Part shown: piece by piece, positions 15,101 to 30,420 of the stretch
Position numbering within the stretch: position 1 is the first letter of the stretch
How the letters are laid out: each line of letters begins with the position of its first letter
NCBI GenBank assembly: GCA_965203295.1
Contig: CBDBCZ010000015.1
Span: 896,001 to 960,000 of the forward strand
Direction: 5' to 3'
DNA: 64,000 nt
Source: Nitrospirales bacterium
Lineage (GTDB): Bacteria > Nitrospirota > Nitrospiria > Nitrospirales > UBA8639
Position numbers and translations under genes: made by a program
Notes under the pieces: model-generated
What the model saw: only the letters and a program-made list of their open reading frames with translations
Databases searched by the model: none
What the model was told of the DNA's origin: nothing

Positions 15101-18100
15101 AATGAAAATTATTAGTTTTGTCTGTCTCTAGCAAAGACTTTAAGCCAAAGTTACTAGCTACCTTTAATTTGACCCTTCCCAACTGTTTAGAAAAAGAGCT
15201 GATTATTCAAAAGCTTGTTAGTTTGAATGATGTTAGTCTGAAGATTAGAAAAGAAGGATTTTATTGAAAATTGATAGTTTTGTTGGTCTCTTGCAAAGAC
15301 TTTAAGCCAAAGTAACTAGCTACCATTGATCTGATCCTTCCCAACTGTTTAGGAAAAGAACTGGTTATTCAAAGGCTTGTTTAGTTTGAATGATGTTAGT
15401 CAAATACAATACATGCCTAGGAAGTATCGATGTTCAAGACCGGAACTGGTTATTCAAAGGCTTGTTTAATTTGGTTGATGTTATTCTGAAGATTAGGAAA
15501 GAAGGATTTTATTGAAAATTGTTAGTTTTGTTTGTCTCTAGCAAAGACTTTAAGCCAAAGTAACTTGCTACCATTTATCTGACCCTTCCCAACTGTTTAG
15601 TAAAAGAGCTGGTTATTCAAAGGCCTGTTTAGTTTTGTTGATGTTAGCCTGAAGATTAGGAAAAAAGGATTTTATTGAAAATTGTTAGTTTTGTTGGTCT
15701 CAGGCAAAGACTTTCAGCCAAAGTAACTGGCTACTATTGATCTGACCCTTCCCAACTGTTTTGGAAAAGAACTGGTTATTCAAAGGCTTGTTTAGTTTGT
15801 TTGATGTTAGTCTGAAGATTAGGAAAGAAGGATTTTATAGAAAATCGTTAGTTTTGTTGGTCTCTAGCAAAGACTTTGAGCCAAAGTAACTAGCTATTAT
15901 TGATCTGACCCTTCCCAACATTTTAGGAAAATAACTGGTTATTCAAAGGCTTGTTTAGTTTGAATGATGTTAGTCTGAAGATTAGGAAAGAGAGATTTTG
16001 TTTAAAATGGTTAATTTTTTTGGTCTCAAGCAAAGACTTTAAGCCAAAGTAACTAGCTACCATTTATCTGACCCTTCTGAACTTTTTAGAAAAAGAACTT
16101 GTTATTCAAAGGCCTGTTTTGTTTTGTTGACGTTAGCCTGAAGATTAGGAAAAAAGGATTTTATTGAAAATTGTTAGTTTTGTTGGTCTCTAGTAAAGAC
16201 TTTAAGCCAAAATCACTAGCTACCATTTATCTGACCCTTCCCAACTGTTTAGAAAAAGAGCTGGTTATTCAAAGGCTAGTTTAGTTTGAATGATGTTAAT
16301 CAAATACAATAATCCTTAGGAAGTATCGATGTTCAAGAAAGGAACTGGTTATTCAAAGGCTTGTTTAGTTTGCTTGATGTTAGTCTGCAGATTAGGAAAA
16401 AGTATTTTATTGAAAATTGTTAGTTTTGTTGGTCTCTAGCAAAGACTTTAAGCCAAAGTAACTAGCTACCATTTATCTGACCCTTCCCAACTGTTTAGAA
16501 AAAGAACTGGTTATTCAAAGGCCTGTTTAGTTTGAATGATGTTAGTCGGATACAATACATGCTTAGGAAGTATCAATGTTCAAGAAAGGAACTGGTTATT
16601 CAAAGGCTTGTTTAGTTTGTTTGATGTTTGTTAGTTTTGTTGGTCTCTAGCAAAGACTTTAAGCCAAAGTAACTAGCTACCATTGATCTGACCCTTCCCA
16701 ACTGTTTAGGAAAAGAATTGGTTATTCAAAGGCTTGTTTAGTTTAAATGATGTTAGTCTGAAGATTAGGAAAGAAGGATTTTATTGAAAATTGTTAGTTT
16801 TGTTGGTCTCTTTCAAAGACTTTAAGCCAAAGTAACTAGCTACCATTTATCTGACCCTTCCTAACAGTTTAGAAAAAGAAGTGGTTATTCAAAGGCCTGT
16901 TTAGTTTTGTTGATGTTAGCCTGAAGATTAGGAAAGAAGGATTTTATTGAAAATTGTTAGTTTTGTTGGTCTCTAGCAAAGACTTTAAGCCAAAGTTACT
17001 AGCTACCATTGATCTGACCCTTCCGAACTATTTAGAAAATGAGCTGGTTATTCAAAGGCTTGTTTTGTTTGAATGATGTTAGTCTGAAGATTAGGAAAGA
17101 AGGATTTTATTGAAAATTGTTAGTTTTGTTGGTCTCTTTCAAAGACTTTAAGCCAAAGTAACTAGCTACCATTTATCTGACCCTTCCTAACTGTTTAGAA
17201 AAAGAAGTGGTTATTCAAAGGCCTGTTTAGTTTTGTTGATGTTAGCCTGAAGATTAGGAAAGAAGGATTTTATTGAAAATTGTTAGTTTTGTTGGTCTCT
17301 AGCAAAGACTTTAAGCCAAAGTTACTAGCTACCATTGATCTGACCCTTCCGAACTATTTAGAAAATGAGCTGGTTATTCAAAGGCTTGTTTTGTTTGAAT
17401 GATATTAGTCAGATACAATACATGCTTGGGAAGTATCAATATTCAAGAAAGGAACTGGTTATTCAAAGGCTTGTTTAGTTTGGTTGATGCTAGTCTGAAG
17501 ATTAGGAAAGAAGGATTTTATTTAAAATTGTTAGTTTTGTTGGTCTCTAGGAAAGACTTTAAGCCAAAGTAACAAGCTACCATTTATCTGACCCTTCCTA
17601 ACTGTTTAGAAAAAGAACTGGTTATTCAAAGGCTTGTTTTGGTCGAATGATATTAGTCGGATACAATACATGCTTAGGAAGTATCAATTTTCAAGAAAGG
17701 AACTGGTTATTCAAAGGCTTGTTTAGTTTGGTTGATTTTAGTCTGAAGTTTAGGAAAGAAGGATTTTATTGAGAATTGTTAGTTTAGTTGGTCTTTAGCA
17801 AAGACTTTAAGCCAAAGTAACTAGCTACCATTGATCTTACCCTTCCCAACTGTTTAGGAAAAGAACTGGTTATTCAAAGGCTTTTTTAGTTTGAATGATG
17901 TTAGTCTGAAGATTAGGAAAAAAGGATTTTATTTAAAATTGTTAGTTTTGTTGGTCTCTAGCAAAGACTTTAAGCCAAAGTAACTAGCTACCATTGATCT
18001 GACCCTTCCCAACTGTTTAGGAAAAGAACTGGTTATTCAAAGGCTTGTTTAGTTTGAATGATGTTAGTCTGAAGATTAAGAAAGAAGGATTTTATTTAAA

Positions 18101-19502
18101 ATTGTTAGTTTTGTTGGTCTCTAGCAAAGACTTTAAGCCAAAGTAACTAGCTACCATTTATCTGACCCTTCCTAACTGTTTAGAAAAAGAAGTGGTTATT
18201 CAAAGGCCTGTTTAGTTTTGTTGATGTTAGCCTGAAGATTAGGAAAGAAGGATTTTATTGAAAATTGTTTGTTTTGTTTGTCTCTAGCAAAGACTTTAAG
18301 CCAAAGTTACTAGCTACCATTGATCTGACCCTTCCGAACTATTTAGAAAATGAGCTGGTTATTCAAAGGCTTGTTTTGTTTGAATGATATTAGTCAGATA
18401 CAATACATGCTTAGGAAGTATCAATATTCAAGAAAGGAACTGGTTATTCAAAGGCTTGTTTAGTTTGGTTGATGTTAGTCTGAAGATTAGGAAAGAAGGA
18501 TTTTATTTAAAATTGTTAGTTTTTTGTCTCTAGCAAAGACTTTAAGCCAAAGTAACTAGCTACCATTTATCTGACCCTTCCTAACTGTTTAGAAAAAGAA
18601 CTGGTTATTCAAAGGCTTGTTTTGGTCGAATGATATTAGTCGGATACAATACATGCTTAGGAAGTATCAATTTTCAAGAAAGGAACTGGTTATTCAAAGG
18701 CTTGTTTAGTTTGGTTGATGTTAGTCTGAAGTTTAGGAAAGAAGGATTTTATTGAGAATTGTTAGTTTTGTTGGTCTTTAGCAAAGACTTTAAGCCAAAG
18801 TAACTAGCTACCATTGATCTGACCCTTCCCAACTGTTTTGGAAAAGAACTGGTTATTCAAAGGCTTGTTTAGTTGGAATGATGTTAGTCTGAAGATTAGG
18901 AAAGAAGGATTTTATTTAAAATTGTTAGTTTTGTTGGTCTCTAGCAAAGACTTTAAGCCAAAGTAACTAGCTACCATTGATCTGACCCTTCCCAACTGTT
19001 TAGGAAAAGAACTGGTTATTCAAAGGCTTGTTTAGTTTGAATGATGTTAGTCTGAAGATTAGGAAAGAAGGATTTTATTTAAAATTGTTAGTTTTGTTGG
19101 TCTCTAGCAAAGACTTTAAGCCAAAGTAACTAGCTACCATTTATCTGACCCTTCCTAACTGTTTAGAAAAAGAAGTGGTTATTCAAAGGCCTGTTTAGTT
19201 TTGTTGATGTTAGCCTGAAGATTAGGAAAGAAGGATTTTATTGAAAATTGTTTGTTTTGTTTGTCTCTAGCAAAGACTTTAAGCCAAAATTACTAGCTAC
19301 CATTGATCTGACCCTTCCGAACTATTTACAAAATGAGCTGGTTATTCAAAGGCTTGTTTTGTTTGAATGATATTAGTCAGATACAATACATGCTTAGGAA
19401 GTAACAATATTCAAGAAAGGAACTGGTTATTCAAAGGCTTGTTTAGTTTGGTTGATGTTAGTCTGAAGATTAGGAAAGAAGGATTTTATTTAAAATTGTT
19501 AG

Positions 19503-22500
19503 TTTTGTTGGTCTCAGGCAAAGACTTTCAGCCAAAGTAACTGGCTACCATTGATCTGACCCTTCCCAACTGTTTAGGAAAACAACTGGTTATTCAAAGG
19601 CTTGTTTAGTTTGAATGATGTTAGAGTGAAGATTTGGAAAGAAGGATTTTATTGAAAATTGTTAGTTTTGTTGGTCTCTAGCAAAGACTTTAAGCCAAAG
19701 TAACTAGCTACCATTGATCTGACCCTTCCCAACTTTTTAGGAAAAGAACTGGTTATTCAAAGGCTTGTTTAGTTTGAATGATGTTAGTCTGAAGATTAGG
19801 AAAGAAGGATTTTATTGAAAATTGTTAGTTTTGTTGGTCTCTAGCAAAGACTTTAAGCCAAAGTAACTAGCTACCATTTATCTGACCCTTCCTAACTGTT
19901 TAGAAAAAGAACTGGTTATTAAAAGGCCTGTTTAGTTTTGTTGATGTTAACCTGAAGATTAGGAAAGAAGGATTTTATTGAAAATTGTTAGTTTTGTTGG
20001 TCTCTAGCAAAGACTTTAAGCCAAAGTAACTAGCTACCATTTATCTGACCCTTCCTAACTGTTTAGAAAAAGAACTGGTTATTCAAAGGCCTGTTTAGTT
20101 TTGTTGATGTTAGCCTGAAGATTAGGAAAGAAGGATTTTATTGAAAATTGTTAGTTTTGTTGGTCTCTAGCAAAGACTTTAAACCAAAGTTACTAGCTAC
20201 CATTTATCTAACCCTTCCGAACTATTTAGAAAATGAGCTGGTTATTCAAAGGCTTGTTTTGTTTGAATGATATTAGTCAGATACAATACATGCTTAGGAA
20301 GTATCAATGTTCAAGAAAGGAACTGGTTATTCAAAGGCTTGTTTAGTTTGCTTGATGTTAGTCTGAAGATTAGGAAAGAAGGATTTTATTTAAAATTGTT
20401 AGTTTTGTTGGTCTCAGGCAAAGACTTTCAGCCAAAGTAACTGGCTACCATTGATCTGACCCTTCCCAACTGTTTAGGAAAACAACTGGTTATTCAAAGG
20501 CTTGTTTAGTTTGAATGATGTTAGTCTGAAGATTAGGAAAGAAGGATTTTATTGAAAATTGTTAGTTTTTTTGGTCTCAGGCAAAGACTTTCTGCCAAAG
20601 TAACTGGCTACCATTGATCTGACCCTTCCCAACTGTTTAGGAAAAGAACTGGTTATTCAAAGGCTTGATTAGTTTTAATGATGTTTGTCGGATACAATAC
20701 ATGTTTAGGAAGTATCGATGTTCAAAAAAGGAACTGGTTATTCAAAGGCTTGTTTAGTTTGGTTGATGTTAGTCTGAAGATTAGGAAAGAAGGATTTTAT
20801 TGAGAATTGTTAGTTTTGTTGGTCTCTAGCAAAGACTTTAAGCCAAAGTAACTGGCTACCATTGATCTGACCCTTCCCAACTGTTTAGGAAAAGAACTGG
20901 TTATTCAAAGGCTTGTTTAGTTTGAATGATGATAGTCTGAAGATTAGGAAAGAAGGATTTTATTGAAAATTGTTAGTTTTGTTGGTCTCAGGCAAAGACT
21001 TTCAGCCAAAGTAACTGGCTACCATTGATCTGACCCTTCCCAACTGTTTAGGAAAAGAACTGGTTATTCAAAGGCTTGATTAGTTTTAATGATGTTAGTC
21101 GGATACAATACATGTTTAGGAAGTGTCGATGTTCAAAAAAGGAACTGGTTATTTCAAAGGCTTGTTTAGTTTGGTTGATGTTAGTCTGAAGATTAGGAAA
21201 GAAGGATTTTATTGAAAATTGTTAGTTTTGTTGGTCTCAGGCAAAGACTTTCAGCAAAAGTAACAAGCTACCATTGATCTGACTCTTCCTAACTGTTTCG
21301 GAAATAAACTGGTTATTCAAAGGCTTGTTTAGTTTGAATGATGTCAGTCTGAAGATTAGGAAAGAAGGATTTAATTGAAAATTGTTAATTTTGTTGGTCT
21401 CTAGCAAAGACTTTAAGCCAAAGTAACTAGTTACCATTTATCTGACCCTTCCCAACGGTTTAGAATAAGAACTGGCTATTCAAAGGCCTGTTTAGTTTTG
21501 TTGATGTTAGCCTGAAGATTAGGAAAGAAGGATTTTATTGAAAATTGTTAGTTTTGTTGGTCTCAGGCAAAGACTTTCGGCAAAAGTAACTAGCTACCAT
21601 TGATCTGACCCTTCCCAACTGTTTAGGAAAAGAACTTGTTATTCAAAGGCTTCTTTAGTTTGAATGATGTTAGTCAGATACAATACATTCTTAGGAAGTA
21701 TCGATGTTCAAAAAAGGAACTGGTTATTCAAATACTTGTTTAGTTTGCTTGATGTTAGTCTGCAGATTATAGGAAAGAAGTATTTTATAGAAAATGGTTA
21801 GTTTTGTTGGTCTCTAGCAAAGACTTTGAGCCAAAGTAACTAGCTACCATTGATCTGTCCCTTCCCAACTGTTTATGAAAAGAACCGGTTATTCAAAGGC
21901 TTGATTAGTTTTAATGATGTTAGTCGGATACAATACATGTTTAGGAAGTGTCGATGTTCAAGAAAGGAACTGGTTATTCAAAGGCTTGTTTAGTTTGGTT
22001 GATGTTAGTCTGAAGATTAGGAAAGAAGGATTTTATTTTAAATTGTTAGTTTTGTTGGTCTCAGGCAAAGACTTTCAGCCAAAGTAACTGGCTACCATTG
22101 ATCTGACCCTTCCCAACTGTTTAGGAAAACAACTGGTTATTCAAAGGCTTGTTTAGTTTGAATGATGTTAGTCTGAAGATTAGGAAAGAAGGATTTTATT
22201 GAAAATTGTTAGTTTTGTTGGTCTCAGGCAAAGACTTTCAGCCAAAGTAACTGCCTACCATTGATCTGACCCTTCCCAACTGTTTAGGAAAAGAACTGAT
22301 TATTCAAAGGCTTGATTAGTTTTAATGATGTTAGTCGGATACAATACATGTTTAGGAAGTGTCGATGTTCAAAAAAAGGAACTGGTTATTCAAAGGCTTG
22401 TTTAGTTTGGTTGATGTTAGTCTGAAGATTAGGAAAGAAGGATTTTATTGAAAATTGTGTGTTTTGTTGGTCTCAGGCAAAGACTTTCAGCCAAAGTAAC

Positions 22501-25449
22501 TGGCTACCATTGATCTGACCCTTCCCAACTGTTTAGGAAAACAACTGGTTATTCAAAGGCTTGTTTAGTTTGAATGATGTTAGAGTGAAGATTTGGAAAG
22601 AAGGATTTTATTGAAAATTGTTAGTTTTGTTGGTCTCTAGCAAAGACTTTAAGCCAAAGTAACTAGCTACCATTGATCTGACCCTTCCCAACTTTTTAGG
22701 AAAAGAACTGGTTATTCAAAGGCTTGTTTAGTTTGAATGATGTTAGTCTGAAGATTAGGAAAGAAGGATTTTATTGAAAATTGTTAGTTTTGTTGGTCTC
22801 TAGCAAAGACTTTAAGCCAAAGTAACTAGCTACCATTTATCTGACCCTTCCTAACTGTTTAGAAAAAGAACTGGTTATTAAAAGGCCTGTTTAGTTTTGT
22901 TGATGTTAACCTGAAGATTAGGAAAGAAGGATTTTATTGAAAATTGTTAGTTTTGTTGGTCTCTAGCAAAGACTTTAAGCCAAAGTAACTAGCTACCATT
23001 TATCTGACCCTTCCTAACTGTTTAGAAAAAGAACTGGTTATTCAAAGGCCTGTTTAGTTTTGTTGATGTTAGCCTGAAGATTAGGAAAGAAGGATTTTAT
23101 TGAAAATTGTTAGTTTTGTTGGTCTCTAGCAAAGACTTTAAACCAAAGTTACTAGCTACCATTTATCTAACCCTTCCGAACTATTTAGAAAATGAGCTGG
23201 TTATTCAAAGGCTTGTTTTGTTTGAATGATATTAGTCAGATACAATACATGCTTAGGAAGTATCAATGTTCAAGAAAGGAACTGGTTATTCAAAGGCTTG
23301 TTTAGTTTGCTTGATGTTAGTCTGAAGATTAGGAAAGAAGGATTTTATTTAAAATTGATAGTTTTGTTGGTCTCAGGCAAAGACTTTCAGCCAAAGTAAC
23401 TGGCTACCATTGATCTGACCCTTCCCAACTGTTTAGGAAAACAACTGGTTATTCAAAGGCTTGTTTAGTTTGAATGATGTTAGTCTGAAGATTAGGAAAG
23501 AAGGATTTTATTGAAAATTGTTAGTTTTGTTGGTCTCAGGCAAAGACTTTCTGCCAAAGTAACTGGCTACCATTGATCTGACCCTTCCCAACTGTTTAGG
23601 AAAAGAACTGGTTATTCAAAGGCTTGATTAGTTTGAATGATGTTTGTCGGATACAATACATGTTTAGGAAGTATCGATGTTCAAAAAAGGAACTGGTTAT
23701 TCAAAGGCTTGTTTAGTTTGGTTGATGTTAGTCTGAAGATTAGGAAAGAAGGATTTTATTGAGAATTGTTAGTTTTGTTGGTCTCTAGCAAAGACTTTAA
23801 GCCAAAGTAACTGGCTACCATTGATCTGACCCTTCCCAACTGTTTAGGAAAAGAACTGGTTATTCAAAGGCTTGTTTAGTTTGAATGATGATAGTCTGAA
23901 GATTAGGAAAGAAGGATTTTATTGAAAATTGTTAGTTTTGTTGGTCTCAGGCAAAGACTTTCAGCCAAAGTAACTGGCTACCATTGATCTGACCCTTCCC
24001 AACTGTTTAGGAAAAGAACTGGTTATTCAAAGGCTTGATTAGTTTTAATGATGTTAGTCGGATACAATACATGTTTAGGAAGTGTCGATGTTCAAAAAAG
24101 GAACTGGTTATTTCAAAGGCTTGTTTTGTTTGGTTGATGTTAGTCTGAAGATTAGGAAAGAAGGATTTTATTGAAAATTGTTAGTTTTGTTGGTCTCAGG
24201 CAAAGACTTTCAGCAAAAGTAACTAGCTACCATTGATCTGACTCTTCCTAACTGTTTCGGAAATAAACTGGTTATTCAAAGGCTTGTTTAGTTTGAATGA
24301 TGTCAGTCTGAAGATTAGGAAAGAAGGATTTAATTGAAAATTGTTAATTTTGTTGGTCTCTAGCAAAGACTTTAAGCCAAAGTAACTAGTTACCATTTAT
24401 CTGACCCTTCCCAACGGTTTAGAATAAGAACTGGCTATTCAAAGGCCTGTTTAGTTTTGTTGATGTTAGCCTGAAGATTAGGAAAGAAGGATTTTATTGA
24501 AAATTGTTAGTTTTGTTGGTCTCAGGCAAAGACTTTCGGCAAAAGTAACTAGCTACCATTGATCTGACCCTTCCCAACTGTTTAGGAAAAGAACTTGTTA
24601 TTCAAAGGCTTCTTTAGTTTGAATGATGTTAGTCAGATACAATACATTCTTAGGAAGTATCGATGTTCAAAAAAGGAACTGGTTATTCAAATACTTGTTT
24701 AGTTTGCTTGATGTTAGTCTGCAGATTATAGGAAAGAAGTATTTTATAGAAAATGGTTAGTTTTGTTGGTCTCTAGCAAAGACTTTGAGCCAAAGTAACT
24801 AGCTACCATTGATCTGTCCCTTCCCAACTGTTTATGAAAAGAACCGGTTATTCAAAGGCTTGATTAGTTTTAATGATGTTAGTCGGATACAATACATGTT
24901 TAGGAAGTGTCGATGTTCAAGAAAGGAACTGGTTATTCAAAGGCTTGTTTAGTTTGGTTGATGTTAGTCTGAAGATTAGGAAAGAAGGATTTTATTTTAA
25001 ATTGTTAGTTTTGTTGGTCTCAGGCAAAGACTTTCAGCCAAAGTAACTGGCTACCATTGATCTGACCCTTCCCAACTGTTTAGGAAAACAACTGGTTATT
25101 CAAAGGCTTGTTTAGTTTGAATGATGTTAGTCTGAAGATTAGGAAAGAAGGATTTTATTGAAAATTGTTAGTTTTGTTGGTCTCAGGCAAAGACTTTCAG
25201 CCAAAGTAACTGCCTACCATTGATCTGACCCTTCCCAACTGTTTAGGAAAAGAACTGATTATTCAAAGGCTTGATTAGTTTTAATGATGTTAGTCGGATA
25301 CAATACATGTTTAGGAAGTGTCGATGTTCAAAAAAAGGAACTGGTTATTCAAAGGCTTGTTTAGTTTGGTTGATGTTAGTCTGAAGATTAGGAAAGAAGG
25401 ATTTTATTGAAAATTGTGTGTTTTGTTGGTCTCAGGCAAAGACTTTCAG
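19503..25449 (+). repeat. 2959-bp near-identical tandem block duplication within satellite
   Basis: Markers TTAGAGTGAAGATTTGG at 19621/22580 and GCAGATTATAGG at 21762/24721, both offset 2959. Boundaries approximate. Confidence 0.9.
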
Positions 25450-25599
25450 CAAAAGTAACTAGCTACCATTGATCTGACCCTTCCCAACTGTTTAGGAAAA
25501 GAACTGGTTACTCAAAGGTTTGTTTAGTTTGAATGATGTTAGTCTGAAGATTAGGAAAGAAGGATTTTATTGAAAATTGTTAGTTTTGTTGGTCTCTAG

Positions 25600-27745
25600 C
25601 AAAGACTTTAAGCCAAAGTAACTAGCTACCATTTATCTGACCCTTCCCAACTGTTAAGAAAAAGAACTGGTTAATCAAAGGCCTGTTTAGTTTTGTTGAT
25701 GTTAGCCTGAAGATTAGGAAAGAAGGATTTTATTGAAAATTGTTAGTTTTGTTGGTCTCTTGCAATGACTTTAATTAAGCCAAAGTTACTTGCTACCATT
25801 GATCTGACCTTTTCGAACTATTTAGAAAAAGTGCTGGTTATTCAAAGGCTTGTTTTGTTTGAATGATATTTGTCAGATACAATACATGCTTAGGAAGTAT
25901 CAATGTTCAAGAAAGGAACTGGTTATTCAAAAGCTTGTTTAGTTTGGTTGATGTTAGTCTTAAGAATAGGAAAGAAGGATTTTATTGAAAATTGTTAGTT
26001 TTGTTGGTCTCTAGCAAAGACTTTAAGCCAAAGTAACTTGCTACCATTTATCTGACCCTTCCCAACTGTTTAGAAAAAGAGCTGGTTATTCAAAGGCCTG
26101 TTTAGTTTTGTTGATGTTAGCCTCAAAATTATGAAAGAAGGATTTTATTGAAAATTGTTAGTTTTTTTGGTCTCAGGCAAAGACTTTCAGCCAATGTAAC
26201 TGGCTACCATTGATCTGACCCTTTCCAACTGTTTTTGAAAAGAACTGGTTATTCAAATGCTTGTTTAGTTTGGTCAGATACAATACACGCCTAGGAAGTA
26301 TCGATGTTCAAGAAAGGAACTGTTTATTCAAAGGCTTGTTTAGTTTGGTTTATGTTAGTCTGAAAATTAGGAAAGAAGGATTTTATTGAAAATCGTTAGT
26401 TTAGTACGTCTCTAGCAAAGACTTTGAGCCAAAGTAACTAGCTATTATTGATCTGACCCTTCCCAACTGTTTAGGAAAAGAACTGGTTATTTAAAGGCTT
26501 GATTAGTTTTAATGATGTTAATCGGATACAATACATGTTTAGGAAGTATCGATGTTCAAGAAAGGAACTGGTTATTCTAAGGCTTGTTTAGTTTTAATGA
26601 TGTTAGTCGGATACAATACATGTTTAGGAAGTGTCGATGTTCAAAAAAAGGAACTGGTTATTCAAAGGCTTGTTTAGTTTGGTTGATGTTAGTCTGAAGA
26701 TTAGGAAAGAAGGATTTTATTTAAAATTGTGTGTTTTGTTCGTCTCAGGCAAAGACTTTAAGCCAAAGTAACTAGCTACCATTTATCTGACCCTTCCCAA
26801 CTGTTAAGAAAAAGAACTGGTTAATCAAAGGCCTGTTTAGTTTTGTTGATGTTAGCCTGAAGATTAGGAAAGAAGGATTTTATTGAAAATTGTTAGTTTT
26901 GTTGGTCTCTTGCAATGACTTTAATTAAGCCAAAGTTACTTGCTACCATTGATCTGACCTTTCCGAACTATTTAGAAAAAGTGCTGGTTATTCAAAGGCT
27001 TGTTTTGTTTGAATGATATTTGTCAGATACAATACATGCTTAGGAAGTATCAATGTTCAAGAAAGGAACTGGTTATTCAAAAGCTTGTTTAGTTTGGTTG
27101 ATGTTAGTCTTAAGAATAGGAAAGAAGGATTTTATTGAAAATTGTTAGTTTTGTTGGTCTCTAGCAAAGACTTTAAGCCAAAGTAACTTGCTACCATTTA
27201 TCTGACCCTTCCCAACTGTTTATAAGAAGAGCTGGTTATTCAAAGGCCTGTTTAGTTTTGTTGATGTTAGCCTGAAAATTATGAAAGAAGGATTTTATTG
27301 AAAATTGTTAGTTTTTTTGGTCTCAGGCAAAGACTTTCAGCCAATGTAACTGGCTACCATTGATCTGACCCTTTCCAACTGTTTTTGAAAAGAACTGGTT
27401 ATTCAAATGCTTGTTTAGTTTGGTCAGATACAATACACGCCTAGGAAGTATCGATGTTCAAGAAAGGAACTGTTTATTCAAAGGCTTGTTTAGTTTGGTT
27501 TATGTTAGTCTGAAAATTAGGAAAGAAGGATTTTATTGAAAATCGTTAGTTTAGTACGTCTCTAGCAAAGACTTTGAGCCAAAGTAACTAGCTATTATTG
27601 ATCTGACCCTTCCCAACTGTTTAGGAAAAGAACTGGTTATTTAAAGGCTTAATTAGTTTTAATGATGTTAGTCGGATACAATACATGTTTAGGAAGTATC
27701 GATGTTCAAGAAAGGAACTGGTTATTCTAAGGCTTGTTTAGTTTG
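25600..27745 (+). repeat. 1150-bp tandem block duplication within satellite
   Basis: Markers TTAGTACGTC at 26401/27551 and TAAGAATAGG at 25961/27111. Boundaries approximate. Confidence 0.85.
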
Positions 27746-30420
27746 GTTGATGTTAGTCTGAAGATTAGGAAAGAAGGATTTTATTTAAAATTGTTAGTTT
27801 TTTAGTCTCTAGCAAAGACTTTAAGCCAAAGTAACTAGCTACCATTTATCTGACCCTTCCTAACTGTTTAGAAAAAAAACTGGTTATTCAAAGGCTTGTT
27901 TTGGTTGAATGATATTAGTCGGATACAATACATGCTTAGGAAGTATCAATGTTCAAGAAAGGAACTGGTTATTCAAAGACTTGTTTAGTTTGGTTGATGT
28001 TAGTCTGAAGATTAGGAAAGAAGGATTTTATTGACAATTGTTAGTTTTGTTGGTCTCTAGCAAAGACTTTAAGCCAAAGTAACTAGCTACCATGGATCTT
28101 ACCCTTCCCAACTGTTTAGGAAAAGAACTGGTTATTCAAAGGCTTGTTTAGTTTGAATGATGTTAGTCTGAAGATTAAGAAAGAAGGATTTTATTGAAAA
28201 TTGTTAGTTTTATTGGTCTCTAGCGAAGACTTTAAGCCAAAGTAACTAGCTACCATTTATCTGACCCTTCCTAACTGTTTAAAAAAAGAAGTGGTTATTC
28301 AAAGGCCTGTTTAGTTTTGTTGATGTTAGCCTGAAGATTAGGAAAGAAGGATTTTATTGAAAATTGTTAGTTTTGTTGGTCTCTAGCAAAGACTTTAAGC
28401 CAAAGTTACTAGCTACCATTGATCTGACCCTTCCGAACTATTTAGAAAATGAGCTGGTTATTCAAAGGCTTGTTTGGTTTGAATGATATTAGTCAGATAC
28501 AATACATGCTTAGGAAGTATCAATATTCAAGAAAGGAACTTGTTATTCAAAGGCTTGTTTAGTTTGGTTGATGTTAGTCTGAAGATTATGAAAGAAGGAT
28601 TTTATTTAAAATTGTTAGTTTGGTTGGTCTCAGGCAAAGACTTTCAGCCAAAGTAACTGACTACCATTGATCTGACCCTTCCCAACTGTTTAGGAAAACA
28701 ACTGGTTATTCAAAGGCTTGTTTAGTTTGAATGATGTTAGTCAGATACAATACATGCTTAGGAAGTATCGATGTTCAAGAAAGGAACGGGTTATTTAAAG
28801 GCTTGTTTAGTTTTATTGATGCTAGTCTGCAGATTAGGAAAGAAGTATTTAAAGAAAATCGTTAGTTTTATTGGTCACTAGCAAAGACTTTGAGCCAAAG
28901 TAACTAGCTACCATTGGTCTGACCCTTCCCAACTGTTTAGGAAAAGAACCTGTTATTCAAAGGCTTGATTAGTTTTAATGATGTTAGTCGGATACAATAC
29001 ATGTTTAGGAAGTGTCGATGTTCAAGATAGGAACTGGTTATTCAAAGGCTTGTTTAGTTTGGTTGATGTTAGTCTGAAGATTAGGAAAGAAGGATTTTAT
29101 TGAAAATTGTTAGTTTTGTTGGTCTCAGGCAAAGACTTTCAGCAAAAGTAACTATCTACCATTGATCTGACCCTTCCTAACTGTTTAGGAAAAAAACTGG
29201 TTATTCAAAGGCTTGTTTAGTTTGAATGAGGTTAGTCTGAAGATTAGGAAAGAAGAATTTTATTGCAAATTGTTAGTTTTGTTGGTCTCAGGCAAAAACT
29301 TTCAACCAAAGTAACTGGCTACCATTGATCTGACCCTTCCCAACTGTTTAGGAGCAGAACTGGTTATTCAAAGGCTTGTTTAGTTTTGTTGATGTTAGCC
29401 TGAAGATTAGGTAAGAAGGATTTTATTGAAAATTGTTAGTTTTGTTGGTCTCTAGCAAAGACTTTAAGCCAAAATAACTGGCTGCCATTGATCTGACCCT
29501 TCCCAACTGTTTAGGAAAAGAACTTGTTATTCAAAGGCTTGTTTAGTTTGGTTGATGTTAGTCTGAAGATTAGGAAAGAAGGATTTTATTGAAAAGTGTT
29601 AGTTTTGTTGGTCCCACTCAAAGACTTTCAGCAAAAGTAACTAGCTACCATTGATCTGACCCATCCTAACTGTTTAGGAAAAGAACTGGTTATTCAAAAG
29701 CTTGTTTAGTTTGAATGATGTTAGTCAGATGATTAGGAAATAAGGATTTCATTTAAAATTGTTAGTTTTGTTGGTCTCTAGCAAAGACTTTAAGCCAAAA
29801 TAACTAGCTTCTATTTATCTGACCCTTCCCAACTGTTTAGAAAAAGAACTGGGTATTCAAAGGCCTGTTTAGTTTTGTTGATTTTAGCCTGAAGATTAGG
29901 AAAGAAGGATTTTATTTAAAATTGTTAGTTTTGTTGGTCTCTTGCAATGACTTTAATTAAGTCAAAGTTACTAGCTACCATTGATCTGACCTTTCCGAAC
30001 TATTTAGAAAAAGTGCTGGTTATTCAAAGCCTTTTTTTGTTTAAATGATATTAGTCAGATACAATACATGCTTAGGAAGTATCAATGTTCAAGAAAGGAA
30101 CTGGTTATTCAAAGGCTTGTTTAGTTTGGTTGATGTTAGTCTGAAGATTAGGAAAGAAGGATTTTATTGAAAATTGTTAGTTTTGTTGGTCTCAGGCAAA
30201 TACTTTCAGCCAAAGTAACTGGCTACCATTGATCTGACCCTTCCCAACTGTTTAGAAAAAGAACTGGTTATTTAAAGGCTTGTTTATTTTGGTTGATGTT
30301 AGTCTGAAGATTAGTAAAGAAGGATTTTATTTAAAATTGTTAGTTTTGTTGGTCTCAGGCAAAGACTTTCAGCCAAAGTAACTGGCTACCATTGATCTGA
30401 CCCTTCCTAACTGTTTAGGA